Source: Marsupella aquatica
Taxonomy: Eukaryota; Plantae; Marchantiophyta
DNA: 64,000 bases
Assembly: GCA_973895155.1 (NCBI GenBank)
Contig: OZ316895.1
Span: 4,265,659-4,329,658, forward strand
Reading direction: 5' to 3'
Below the pieces are notes generated by a model. That model was not told the DNA's origin. It saw nothing but the letters and a program-made list of their open reading frames with translations, and did no database searches. A program made the translations under genes and the position numbers. Positions 11,202-23,621 of the stretch are shown here, piece by piece (positions within the stretch are counted from its first letter, which is position 1; each line of letters begins with the position of its first letter).

Positions 11202-12353
11202 AGTGATAGAGTGGTCACAAGTGTCCACTATGTAATGACTTGTAGGTAGGAGGGTCAAGTTAATTTCCATGCATTTGTCTAAAGTAAGTGAGAGAACAAG
11301 GCTTGCAATCAAATACTCTATGATCTTTCTTAGTTATTGAATGGACTTTTTGATAAAAATTGTTATTTTTGTCTTAGTACATATATTTCTAGAAAATGAT
11401 GGCAGTTCTAAGTTACTTGGATGTCATCCTAGTTTGAATATAAGATATTTAACTTGTCTAGCATTTCATTGTTGCTTAGATAATGATCCTATCCAAGCTA
11501 GATGTTTTGAGTATAGATGCTATCCAAGCTTATGTGTTATTACACACGTTCTATCTATTTTCAACCAAATGAACACTTTTTATCACCCAAATGTTTTTTA
11601 ATATTATCCAAATTAATATTTTCTTTGCCCAAATGTCTATTTTTTTGCCCCAAATTTATAATTCATGATGCTTAAATTTTCATTTTTCATCCTTCAAATT
11701 TACAATTCTTATGCCTAAAAGTGTGTTTTTAAATGCCCAAATTTCCAAATCTTCTTTATAATTCCACTTTTAATGAATATAGTGATATAGAGCTTTCATA
11801 ATTGACCACGCAACCCAATGTCATGATACTAATCAAGAATTGGCCCAAACTGTGGATCTAAATGAACTCAGAGGTGTATAAAAACCCCAGGCACTCTATA
11901 AGAAACATCAAATGTGCCTAAGGTTGCATGTACAACGCAAGAGCTAAGAACTAGGAAGTTAAGCACCTATTGAGAGGAATAGTGTTTGGGTAGCGCTAGG
12001 GCCGCCGATTGGGGTAATCGCACTTCAATTTTTGATTTGATTCTAATTGGGACCCCTGTCCCATTGTAGTACAATAGCACAATAGTTTCCGATTGCAAAG
12101 TACTTGGAAATGGTCATGCCATTCTCACATAATTCATTGGACAATTGTTTGCCATTTCTTTTGAATTGAATGCGTCTTTCCGATACTAGTTTAATTGGAC
12201 AAGTCCAATCTCGGTCCAATAACGCTAACCCGATTGTTTGGGGATTGGATGATACGATGCGACTTCAATCGGAACATCGGTAAAAACTGCAACAATCCGC
12301 CGAAGGGGTCCGATTTGAGGAGAATTGGATTAAGGGTGAATTCTGTACTAGTG

Positions 12354-13706
12354 CAATAAGTCCCCAACGGACTTCTCGTTGGAAAGTTATTATCGTTTCC
12401 GTTTGGCGTTTTCCCTTACTGTTGTGACCGCCGCGGCTCACGACTTCGGCTCACCCGTAGCCCCCAAGGAGATACCACTCCCCTCATATATGCTTCTGGA
12501 GACCTATCACCCCCAAACCAAATTTGGTCCCTAAACTTTTGGACCCCAATTCGGATCCTATCCCGCATACCCCCTGGGCCCTCAATCTTAACTAATACGT
12601 GGAGGACGTGTGAACGCTCAAAGGGTAGTTTTTATTAATTTTGAACTAATAATTATAATTATTACCGGTTATAAGGGAACTTTTAATAGTAAAATAGAAA
12701 TAACAAGGGGTAAACAGGAAAAAGGCCCAATCGCAGGGGGGTCCACTTCTTTTACACGGAGTGAGGGCCCAGGGCGCATGACTGGGCGCGCTACCAATTG
12801 GTAACGTCCATAACTTTCTCGTTAGACGTCCGCAAGCGGAGTGCCTTAGCCCATTGTGATCAGGCTGACCTAGTGCTCATGCCTAGGCCCTCAGATCTTA
12901 TTGCCGCTTGAGGCCCCTAATCAGCCAAATCCAAATCGGGCCATAACTTGCGCCCCAAGCGTCCGTTGCCCATGGCGTCAACTCCATTAGCCTTCGGCCC
13001 AAGAGGAGCTCTCACTCAAGCCCTCAGAACTCAAAGTCCGTTCGGGGGTCCGGACGGTTGACCTTGAGCCCGACACCTTTCCCCTTGACCCAACCAGCAC
13101 TCAGCTAGTCTAAGTACTTAGTGTGTCACCAACTTGGCGCCTTGCCTTCGCTAACTGTGCCACGTCTCATTGCTCACAAGTCTCCCCATGCTAAGTCCTC
13201 CCTGATGGCCTATTTGGGATCTGGACCATATTAAGGGAGTTTGGCGTTAAAGTCAGCGATGCCAGAGCTAAGTGTTAAGGTAGTCAAGTTCTGCGGCTAA
13301 CACCAACATTGAACACTAAAAAAACCGTTACAAAAAAACCTTGTCACCTCTCAGGCATGCTCTAATACCAATTGTTGAGCATATAGATAACAATCACAAC
13401 GGCAAACCCATAGACCATCCAACGTACAAGTATCAACACCAAGAGATACGTGGTTCACCTCCACATGAGGCTATGTCCACGAGAACACACAAGATCTTTA
13501 CTGCACTCTAGGCCGACCGACCATACCAAGCATCCACAGCACAAGCTCTCCCTATCTCTCAACTGGCTCCATAACAATGAGCCTGAGTGAGTTCCTACTT
13601 TCCAAGCAAACATTGCTTGGATATAGTTTGTGCACAACACGACTAAGGTTAGCGCTAATTGTAGTACACTCGTAACTCTAGACCTAACTAAGAGTAGATC
13701 CTAACA
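12354..13706 (-). mobile_element. 5' LTR (13373-13706) plus start of the internal region of an LTR retroelement, interrupted by the CACTA-type element
   Basis: LTR TGTTG...CTAACA is homologous to the solo LTR at 62293-62640. tRNA-iMet-type PBS (minus strand TGGTATTAGAGC, + 13359-13370) lies 2 bp from the LTR. Confidence 0.75.
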
Positions 13707-16089
13707 TGGACTCTAACTTGTTATCAAAAACCCCCAAAGATAAAAGTTCACACATTTCTCTATACTCCCTAGCTTTGTTGATTGCATACTTAGTTAGACC
13801 TTCCAAGAGATACTGGCATCTACCAACAAGGTCTCCTCTCCCAAGCCTCCTTCCTAAGTCAATCAAAGTCCACGAGAGGCTCGACCTACTTCTAACTTAG
13901 AAGCTGTCTTATTTCCTCCGACCATTCTCCTCCTAGTAGTCCCTCCTCCCACACTTTATTTTGGCTTCCCAATTCCCTAAGTTTTTCTTGAAACTCTCCT
14001 TTGGCATCCTTCATCTTGTCATTTGAACTCCCGAGGTGCTATATCAGGTGGAAAAGATTCCAGGCCAATATGATCTTCCAAATTTCCATAAGAAACTGAT
14101 GGAAATCTCCTATGAAATCCTCCTTAACGTTCTGACTCCTCATCATAGTCCTCCACATTAACCCATCCTTGTGGGATGTCTATTCCTACTACAAAGCCCC
14201 AATCTCTTCTTTTGAGTAATGCATTGGTGCCACGGGATGACACCCTACCTCAGGTTCTCCTGCTTGAGCGAGGCTGGAAACCCTAGGTGTTGGCTTACCT
14301 TGGTTTTGGCTTCAGCTTCCATCTTTTGATCAATTCCAAGTCCATCTATTTGCATGTCATGAACATTGAGTAAAAGAGGACAAATACTAGTTTGTGTATG
14401 ACTTGCTTGGTACCTATTTTCAACCATCTCCACTCCATCAACTTCCAAAGGATCAATCTTGGCTCTATCTTGACCTTGAATAGACTCTTTCTCAACAAAG
14501 TATTCCTACCTCTCAATCTGCTACTCTGTCATGCATCAACATACACTAACTTGTATAGGATCTATCTCTTCATCCTTAGATAGCACAATTATATTGGATT
14601 CCTCATTTTCTCCTCTCCTTTCCTAGACCAGGCTAGAGAATGCTCTGCAACCAATAAATCAATAGTCTATAAGTAATTACAATTAGGAAAGGGTTGTATG
14701 ATAGCCAATAATACAAATCTGCCCAAAGAATCACCAAAAATCACTCCTTTATCAAGAACCTTGATTGTTGAAAACACATCATATATCAAAACAAACAAAT
14801 TTAATTTGGTTCCACCTTTGCCTTCTTGAGAGAGCTCTTTGTAGGAGATCCCTCTGTCCCTATGCTAGATTCAACCACATCTTCATCAGCTGACTTAGAA
14901 TAATACTTGCTAGAACCACCAGTCCAAGGTTTCCTAACAAAGATTTCTTCAACATCACTTCTGCACACATTTACACAATCAATAATATATTTCCAATTGA
15001 AGACAAGCTATCTTCTTACGATCCACACCTTGCCCATTTAAGGGGTTAATCCAACTTGCAGCAGACATTAAAATTCTAGATTTCACCATCTCTATTACTG
15101 TTGAAACAAATTATGTTGCATTCAAAGGCCTATGTGACCTGTATTTATGTCATACATACATTTGATCAGCTATATTCTTGTTTGTGAGGGTTACCTTGGA
15201 CTTCATATCTGCTCTACTATAAATGGAATGCAACTATTTTTTTGCAATCAATTCCTCATTAATAATGTTAAACAGTGTTTACTCAAATAGGTAGCTCCTA
15301 AATCTTTAAGACAATAACCAATCATTCATTCTAAGTATGCAATTGTCTATTAGTCAAACATTTGCAAATTACTTTACCAACATGATTCATATTCTTCACC
15401 GTCCCCATGCTAACCCATATATTTTCTCACAAGGAAACCCAGAGGACTAGCCAAGGACCTAACAGATTTTGTCCTAGCTCTTACTACTATGACAAGGCCC
15501 CAACCCATAGTAACTTAGTGATGACTTATTGCATATATAAGTAGAAAGACAAGTAGGTGTAGCAAAAGTGTTTGGATTTTTAAATTATTTTTGTTAGTTC
15601 TAATAAATTGATGCAACAATCGAAGGCTAGAGTTGAGAGGGGGGTCGGGTGGTGCTGGACAACAATGGAGCCATTGAGGGGATACAAGGAGGCCAAAAGA
15701 CAGCCCAAGTACAAGGAGGCCAAGGTGTGGGCATCTCGGATGGGTGGGGGCTGGCCGGAGGCTCCACAAAAGACGCAAAACGAGAATAATGACCAAAATA
15801 TAGAAAACATTCAAACTTAAAACAAACGTTGTTGTGCTAATACTATTCCAAACATGCTCATGTTTGATTCCTTTTGAAGCCCTCAATGCGCCCCATGCAA
15901 AATTGGGGTTTCCTGGTTGAGTTCACATTTGCATCAATGAACGGTATCTTGAGACACCTCAATGCTTGTAAAATGACAAAACTAGGCAATCTTGTAGTAG
16001 TGATGGTGGGAGGGCCCTTAGAAGGACGGGGTTCCCACACTTGTGGTCCCCTTCCCCTTTCACCCTTTGTGCACGGTCCTCACCTAATT

Positions 16090-16870
16090 TTGCTCTTTTT
16101 CCTTTCCCCACTTCGTACAAGGGCACTCCGTAGAATGACACTCCGTAGACTCGGGGGTTTCACTAGCTTCCACAAAAATAGCATATCATGTGCGACGAAG
16201 GATAGGGTCGATTTATTGGTTCGAAGGGAAGACTTAAGAATTTTCTCAAATGAACAATAGGGTCTTTTAAATCCAATTTTGAGACTTATAAAAACATTAG
16301 GGCCTTTCTAACCAAAATTTGGGAATATTCTAAGAATATTTCAACTTTATAAGGGTTGAAAAAAATAAAACTTTCTTACATTTTAAGGGGTCCGAGGCCT
16401 AAAAACATCGCAGGTGATGGAGGAGACATCCATATAGTGAGACCCCCGAGTCCGTAGAAGGGGTTGGCACACTTTCCCTTCCTCACTCTGGGGCTTCCAC
16501 ACTTTCCCTTCCCAACTCTGTAGAAGGGGCCACTTGGGGGTTTCACTTCCACAAAAATGACACATCACGTGCGACAAAGTATAGGGTCATTTTATTGAAA
16601 GTAAAAACTTAAGAATTTTCTGAGAAGAACAATGGAGTCTTTTAAATCAAATTTTTAGACTTATAAAAAACCTTAGGGTCCTTATAACCAACATTTTGGA
16701 ATATTTTTGGAATATTCCAACTTTGTAGGGGTTGAAAAAAATATGTATTTTCTTACATTTTAGGGGGTCTGAGACCTAAAAACGTTTTCTTACATTTAGG
16801 GGATCTGAGACCTAAAAACGTTGCAGATGTGGAGGCATCCATATAGAGAGACCCCCAAGAGGGGACCCCA
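16090..16870. repeat. Diverged tandem duplication (unit roughly 370 bp); related copies near 24130-24350 and 24860-25110
   Basis: Shared blocks such as TATAGGGT(C/T)..TTTATTG, AAATCCAATTTTGAGA and GAATATTC recur in all four places. Confidence 0.6.
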
Positions 16871-17721
16871 CACTTTCTTCCTTCTCTTTGTCTCTTTCTC
16901 ACTTGGGGGTCCCTCCCATACCTAAACCCTAAACCCTTTCCCTGTTGTGTTTGCTTTCAACCCGTGTACGGACCTTGGTTGTACGAACATCAGATGTTTT
17001 ACCATCTCAAAATCAGGAGTTTATATACTTGTTGGAAAGAGCTTGCCGAGCTGAATCCAACAATGTGTCACACATCCAAAACAAAGTTAATATGGTATTT
17101 AAGATACATTATGTTTTGACAATAATTTCTCAACACAGAGTTGTACGGACGTCCGTACATCTGGCAGTCGGGGACCCCAGTTTTTTCCCAGAAGTAGAGA
17201 TGGCAGCAGCAAAGCCAGGGAACCCTATTGTGGGAGAAGTCGGGGCCCCCTAGTGTTGTACGGACAAAATGGACGGGGTCAGTGCCCCGATTATTGTAAA
17301 ACCTTAAACGATCATATCTTGGCCGTTTGATTTCCGTTTTGTGCGTCGTTTATGGAGCCGTGATCAAGAAGAGCAGGGCTCCTCAGATATTTTTTCAGAA
17401 CTGAATTCTGAGAACATTTTAGTCTCAAAAATTGTTGGGGTCTTCTCCTTTTATGACGGACCGGTGGTGACGATTAGGAGGATTGAGGCTGGTAGGTAGG
17501 ATAGATAGATAGGATAGGAGGTGGTGGACTTAAGTGAGTCCCTGTTTAGCGGAGTGGTAGTGGGCACCGCCGGTTCGACAAATGAACAGTCACTCGACTC
17601 AATTAATATTTGAAAATGCGGTGAATGCTTGAAGGCGCCGCCGACGAATGAAGTGACTATTGGACGGAATAAGTAGGTTGTAGAGTGTTCTCCACTTTTA
17701 TGTCTCATAACTCATTTGGGA

Positions 17722-19899
17722 TCTTACTTATAAAAAGACAACTACAAACTAGAGTGGGGCCTAAGCTTCTAGAGTGAAGCCTCTACTTAACTCATGGCTC
17801 ATCATGTGGACGCAAAATCTCATGACCATCCTAAACTATAATACAAGGTTGCGCCATTTTATGAAATGGTCGTCATTCAAATTTGCAGTGTCCAAAAAAC
17901 ATTAATCATGTCAAAGAGAAGGAATAAAGATTATATTAAATTTAGTGTGCACCAAAAAATAATAAATACATTCCAAACAAACGGGGTTCAATCCAATTAA
18001 TGGGAGACACAAAAGTAGGGAGCCAATGCTAGAACCAATGGGGCACACAAAACAAGAAAGTGAATGTACATGCATGAGTATCAAGGAGGTATACACATGA
18101 AATACAAAAGTACATAATATATATGATACTATATATTATTGTAAGTATTACAATATTGAAAAATATAATAATGATAGTAATTTAATTAAAATAGGTTAAT
18201 TAAAAATATTTTAGATTACAAAGACCATATCAAAAGCTATAATAAAATTAAGTTACTGTTTTTATTATAGTAGTCATTCAAATTTGCAATATCCCCAAAA
18301 TGAAAAACATGAAAGAATGATTTCTTTTGTGAATGAAAATGGAGAGCAATGTTTCCAAGCACAAAATGAATTTAATAGTACAAAGAAAATAAGGAGGGTC
18401 TCTAGCAATGCAAGAGTATCAAGGAGACCTCCCTTTACCATGTACCACTATAATCATGATCAGGTCCCTTTACAAACTAAAAAAAGTGACAATCAATTTT
18501 GAATGTTTATCAAAACATAATTTTTTCCACACTTTAAGATCTATCCATACATCCCTAGCTTCTAAAAATAAGTTCCTGCCCAAGCTACCCTTTAACCTTC
18601 CTATACCTGTCACAATTGAAAAAATTAATCAAATTTTAATTAAATTTATTAATAAATTAAAATTCTAATTTTTAATTTTTAATTTCAAATATAAATTAAA
18701 TATAGATAAAATATTTTCTCATCTTGACATCTTTTCTTCATATTAAGATCTTCTAACCTCAAGATCTTTGCTCATCTTGACATATTTTACTCACCTTGAG
18801 ATCTTTTCTCACCTCAACATATATATTATATTTGTCTCATTTTGCCATATTTTTCTCACGTGTCCTGGTCATCTTTATTTCACCACAACAACTTTCTTCA
18901 CCCTAAACATTTTTTCCTCATATTGATATCTTTTTCTCATTTCACCATCTTTTCTCTCCTTGACTTATTTTTCTCACCTCCGAATGTTTTTCTCTAATAT
19001 GACATCTTTTCCTCACCTTGCTATATTTTCTTTCCTTGACATATTTTTCTCAGCTCGAAATGTTTTTCTCTTATCGACATATTTTCTCACCTTGATATAT
19101 TTTCTCACCTCAACATGCATCATTTGTGCAATGCACAGATATCAGGCCCGATATGTACTTAACAACATCTTTTACTTCATAACATCATTTAGTAATGACA
19201 TACTTTATCTATTGACCATTTTATACTTAACAACATCTTAATACTTAACGACATCTTGGCATAACGACATCGTTGGCAACATGACATCTACTTATTTGAC
19301 ATAATTTTTTACTTGATGGCCTTTTGGGCAACATGCCATCTTAGGCAAAATGACTTCTTTTTCTTAACAACATCTTTTTACTTCATGACATTTTTCACAT
19401 AAGAACATCATTCTTGGGAAACACAACATATCATTCTCTTAAGAGCATTTTGGGCACCACAATACTTTCCTCTTAGTGTCATCTTGGGAGACACTACATC
19501 TTGGGCACCACAACATATGTTTTCTTAACAATATCTTGGGCGCCATGATATCCTTATTGTAATGATATTTTGGGCGACACAACATTTTTTTTCTTAACGA
19601 CATCTTTTGTGCAATGCATGGGTAATTTCCCTCAACAATGCCTTGGCCGACACGACATGTTTTCTCTCAATGATGTCTTTGCCGACACGACATCTTTTTT
19701 TCAACGACATCTTGACCGACATGACAACTTTTTTTTCAACGACCTCTTGGCCAACATGACATTTTTTTTCTCTCAACCACCTCTTGGCCGACACGACATT
19801 TTTCTCTCCACGACCTCTTGGCTTACACGACATCTTTTTTTCTCAACGACATCTTGGCCGACACGACTTCTTTTGTGCAACGCACGGGTATTGAGCTTG
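17722..19899 (+). mobile_element. Non-autonomous Helitron-like element with internal degenerate satellite (about 18700-19870)
   Basis: 5' A|TCTTACTTATAAAA. 3' hairpin remnant GTGCAACGCACGGG followed by CTTG|T (degenerate CTAG). Internal GACATCTTTTT and CTTGGCCGACACGAC repeats. Confidence 0.55.
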
Positions 19900-19941
19900 T
19901 GACGAATATAAAATGATAAGTATGTATACTTTTTGTCATAA

Positions 19942-20148
19942 CTAGCCTGATTACCCGTTCCTTGAATGTAAACAGATATGAAGAAAAAAAATCCTTGCAC
20001 AATAATATTTCTATGCTATTTTGTTAATCCTCATTTTAAGTATTTTTAAATTAAGATTCATGATCAGAGTACTGGGTTACTGTCTAGAGGCTTCACTCTA
20101 GACCCTAGACCCTTAAGAGTAGACTTAGTTCACGTTTTTATAGTAAGA
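19942..20148 (-). mobile_element. 207-bp Helitron-like element
   Basis: Minus strand A|TCTTACTATAAAAAC...TCTAGAGTGAAGCCTCTA (5' block shared with the 17722 element)...GGAACGGGTAATCAGGCTAG|T. A near-identical 3' end occurs at 43750. Confidence 0.6.
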
Positions 20149-20639
20149 TTTCTATCTACTTTAAAAAAATGTACTTTATAACCACCATAACATATGTTGA
20201 AGGGATGTGCATATGATTACTAGAATGATTACATGCATATATAATTTTTTTTTCATTTTATTATTTTTTAAAGAATATGAATAAAAAATATTTTGATAAC
20301 ATTTTTATTGTATTCCTAGTTATTCATGTTTTTAATAATTTATTAACCTTAATAATATGAATAAAGAATATATTTTGATAACATTTTTTATTGTAGTTCT
20401 AGCTATTCATGTTAATTTTTTTATTATCATTCATTAACTTTGAAAACATATAAATTAAATAATATATTTTAATAAAAAATTTATTTTATTACCAACAATT
20501 CGCTTTCAAAAAATGAGCAGTTAGGGCTAGTGTGCATAGTTAATGACAAGCCGGAAGCTACCTCAATTGGCACGCCACCAATCTCACCTCCGTTGCGACG
20601 CGTCATTCGACTGAGGACGAACTTCAGTGTATGTGTGGG

Positions 20640-22880
20640 CCTAGTGCAACTGAAGAACGAAGTCCAATTCAGGTGATAAGTGACCACGGGAGTGTGTATA
20701 TTTAACGAGACCTTTCAAACTGGTGGATTCCATTACTTTCGTTCGAGCTGAGTGGCATCGCAAAAGCTCTTGGCTCTTTTTTCGATCTCCGAGCGAAAAC
20801 TTACTTTCGCTTTGCTACCATGACTTCAGAAAATGCGCTGTTGGCCGACCCACGGTTCAATTGGGTCTCTGTGAATGTTGAATTCGATCCGTCATTTGTT
20901 CCTTCAAATTCCTGGAAAGAGGATCTGGAAGTTCGGGAACGGTATGTCACGCTGCGATCTTTCACTGCGGAGGCTTGCAGGGATCTTAGCTAGAGCCAAA
21001 GTTGGAAGCAGAGCCCATCTAAAAGGGGATTACCCTTTTTGACATTCCGTAGCTGCTTTCTTCCTTCTTGACACTGCATGTCTGAGTTTACTTTCAAACT
21101 AATGTGACATGGATCATTAGCCTTGAACAGCTCCATGTATAATTGTCACTAATTAATTTTTTTCTCCATGTATGAAGGCCCGAAGAAAACTCGACGCCTG
21201 CAGGAGGTTCCGTTGCACCATCCGCAATGACTCTTCCACCCCCTGGGCCAACTTCTGTTGAACTCGCTGACATGAACAACGATAGAAGGGCACCAAGCAG
21301 GTAAGTCAAAAGGACCTGCGTGATGTATCAAAAACAGATGCTAAGAACATGTACTTGTTCAAAGGGCCTGTCGATTTTCAAGGACTTGTCAGAATGTAAA
21401 GTAGTCAATGGAGTTCTTGCAAGATCTATCCTTCAAACCCAAAACAGACCAGACAGAGATCTTCCTTAGTAGCGGTCACGGTGTCACGTTAGTCTATCTA
21501 GGGCCCTGTAGCACATCGTTCCTGTTAGATTTCCATATATATGAACGACCTCCAATGTGTGTATATAGAGAGTAACTAGAATTGAGGTCATGCAGCTAGA
21601 TCAGAGATTGAAATTCTCCACCTGATCAATTGAAGGTCAAGCTTTCAGCTGGGGTCTGAGAGTTGGAAATCGGTCCGTCGGTGAATTAATATGTCCACGT
21701 AACTTGGGTGACAGACCTCTTGAACATTTTCTATAGTCGATCGTGGGTAATTCGCGGAAAGCTTCTATAGAGTCTGTGCTAGAGGTGAATCATTTATGAA
21801 AATTTGTCATATATGCACAGCAGTGCACCACATAACATATTTCTGAAGTTGCCTAGAAACACACTGTGCAGGGTGCAAGGTCACGTGACTGCAATGCTGG
21901 ATACCTTTGTGTCGCTGAGAGATGCCACTGTCCTAACTGCAAATTTAAGGTATACACCTCGATCATTGATAGTATTACCTTTTGAGAGACAAGGTATACA
22001 CCTCGATCATTGATAGTATTACCTTTTGAGAGACGATAACATATTTCTGAAGTTGCCGGGAAACGCACTGCGCAGGTTAGTTGGGGCTGTCGTACCTGCA
22101 AAAAAAAGTTTGATCACTGATAAATGACGCTTTCCTAGCTGCAAACATAAGGTATACACCTCGAAACATTATCACTTGTGAGCGAAGTGATGTTGGTATC
22201 AAATACCGTCAGTGATACTTGTTTTGATCTCCATTAGGATATGAGATTCCCGATTAGGTTCATTTACTTATCCTGGAAATGCTCTACCAGTGCATACAAA
22301 CTGTTCAAATGATTGGGCAGCGGGGTGTGTAGAACGGGAAGCCAGGATGCATTGCGGCCTGACAATCCGTCAGACAGACGAAGTCGATGTGTTGGTAGAA
22401 CTAAAATGAAGGCCTCAAACGCGTGATATTCGATTGATCACGCAGTTGTCTTTACTTCAGGGCCATGAAGTATTCATTCAGACACTCCGGGACCCTAGCG
22501 GTGTACGTAGACACGAACGGGCAAAATTACTCGCTTATTACGTATACTCTAGGTACTCTTGGGTTTTCGAATGTACAAATGGCTGCCTCCATCCCATTAT
22601 TTCTGATCAAATGTCAACTGCCCTGTGATCCTGGCGGTGAGCTAGCTCTAAGACAATTTTCGGAATAATTGTGCCCTGTGATCCCGCCGGTGAGCTACAG
22701 TAGCTCTAAGACAATTTTCGGAATAATTATGATTGGCTAGTTTTGACACTCTTATAATGGCCAGTACATTTTTTGTTATTTTCTCTTACTAATGTTGTCT
22801 GTTATATATTTTTATTTCAATGTGTCATCACAAGGTGCATCGTTTGTATGATTTAGATTTTTAATTATTTTGGCACCCCT
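20640..22880 (+). pseudogene. Decayed copy of an unknown multi-exon locus, paralogous to 34540-36610
   Basis: Colinear similarity (MTSENALLADPRFNWV vs MTSESAFLAEPRLNWV). The last exon-like block has a stop/frameshift and there are private tandem duplications. Confidence 0.55.
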
Positions 22881-23295
22881 CTAGCAATGTTCTCCTTTCC
22901 CACTACATTGAGTTTTCCAATCCACCCCCTTATGGAATTTCTGTCAATTTTAGTGAATGAAAGAGAGACGGACCCTTTGAGATGTGTACACTTCATAATT
23001 TAAGTACTCCTCATCCCCGTTATTTGCTGTACTCCCCATCCACCCCCTTATGGAATTTCTGTAAATATTAGTGAATGAAAGAGAGACCAGATCCTTTGAG
23101 ATGTGTACACTTCATGATTTAAGTACTCCTCTATCCCCTTTATTTGTTGTACTCCTCAATCGCTAAACTTAGTGTTTTTGTTATCATTACTTAAGGCAAG
23201 GGAGGATCTTCTGACTGTAAGGTATGTGCACATTCAATGTACATCTGATTGAGTTGAGTGCCATTATGGCAAGTGAGAATGTGTCTTTTCAAGCT

Positions 23296-23621
23296 GGGTT
23301 TGGCCTTGCCCGTCAAATTGAGCCCTGGACCCCGTCAAACATACAGTCGCCCAATCTCCCGGAGTCGGGGTCAGGTCCGGGTGGCAGGGTCAGAAGCCGG
23401 GCTGGTTTGGGTCAGGTCCGGGTGGCAGGGTCAGAAGCTGGGCTGGTTTGGGCCAGGTTTGGGCCGGGTTTTGCAAGACAGTGTTCTGGCGAGTTCAGGA
23501 GGTTCAGGAGGGGTTTGGGAAAGGTCCTCGCCGGGTTTGGGAGGGATCCGACCTGGGGAGTCTGGGGGAATTTGAGAGAATATGCCCAGCAAGTGGTCAA
23601 CTTGGCTGTCAGGTTAAAGCC
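23296..23621. mobile_element. Possible GC-rich MITE with internal 2 x 42-bp repeat (23369-23452)
   Basis: GC-rich island in AT-rich DNA, imperfect TIR (GGGTTTGGCCT / AGGTTAAAGCC), TTCAAG on both flanks. Confidence 0.35.

Larger units (their letters stand above)
1..12353 (+). mobile_element. Large DNA transposon with CACTA-type right terminus; left end lies outside the window
   Basis: Ends in ...GAATTCTGTACTAGTG at 12353 (reverse complement CACTAGTACAGAA). Short subterminal CCGAT/ATCGG motifs in both orientations cluster at about 12000-12320. Transposase at 7465-11201. The next 3 bp (CAA) are the expected TSD, not verifiable here. Confidence 0.8.

Noticed and set aside
13707-15500. Possible decayed retroelement coding sequence
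   Set aside because: No diagnostic motif could be read with confidence.
16921-16938. Telomere-type CCTAAACCCTAAACCCT
   Set aside because: Only about two units; a telo-box or chance match, not an interstitial telomere.
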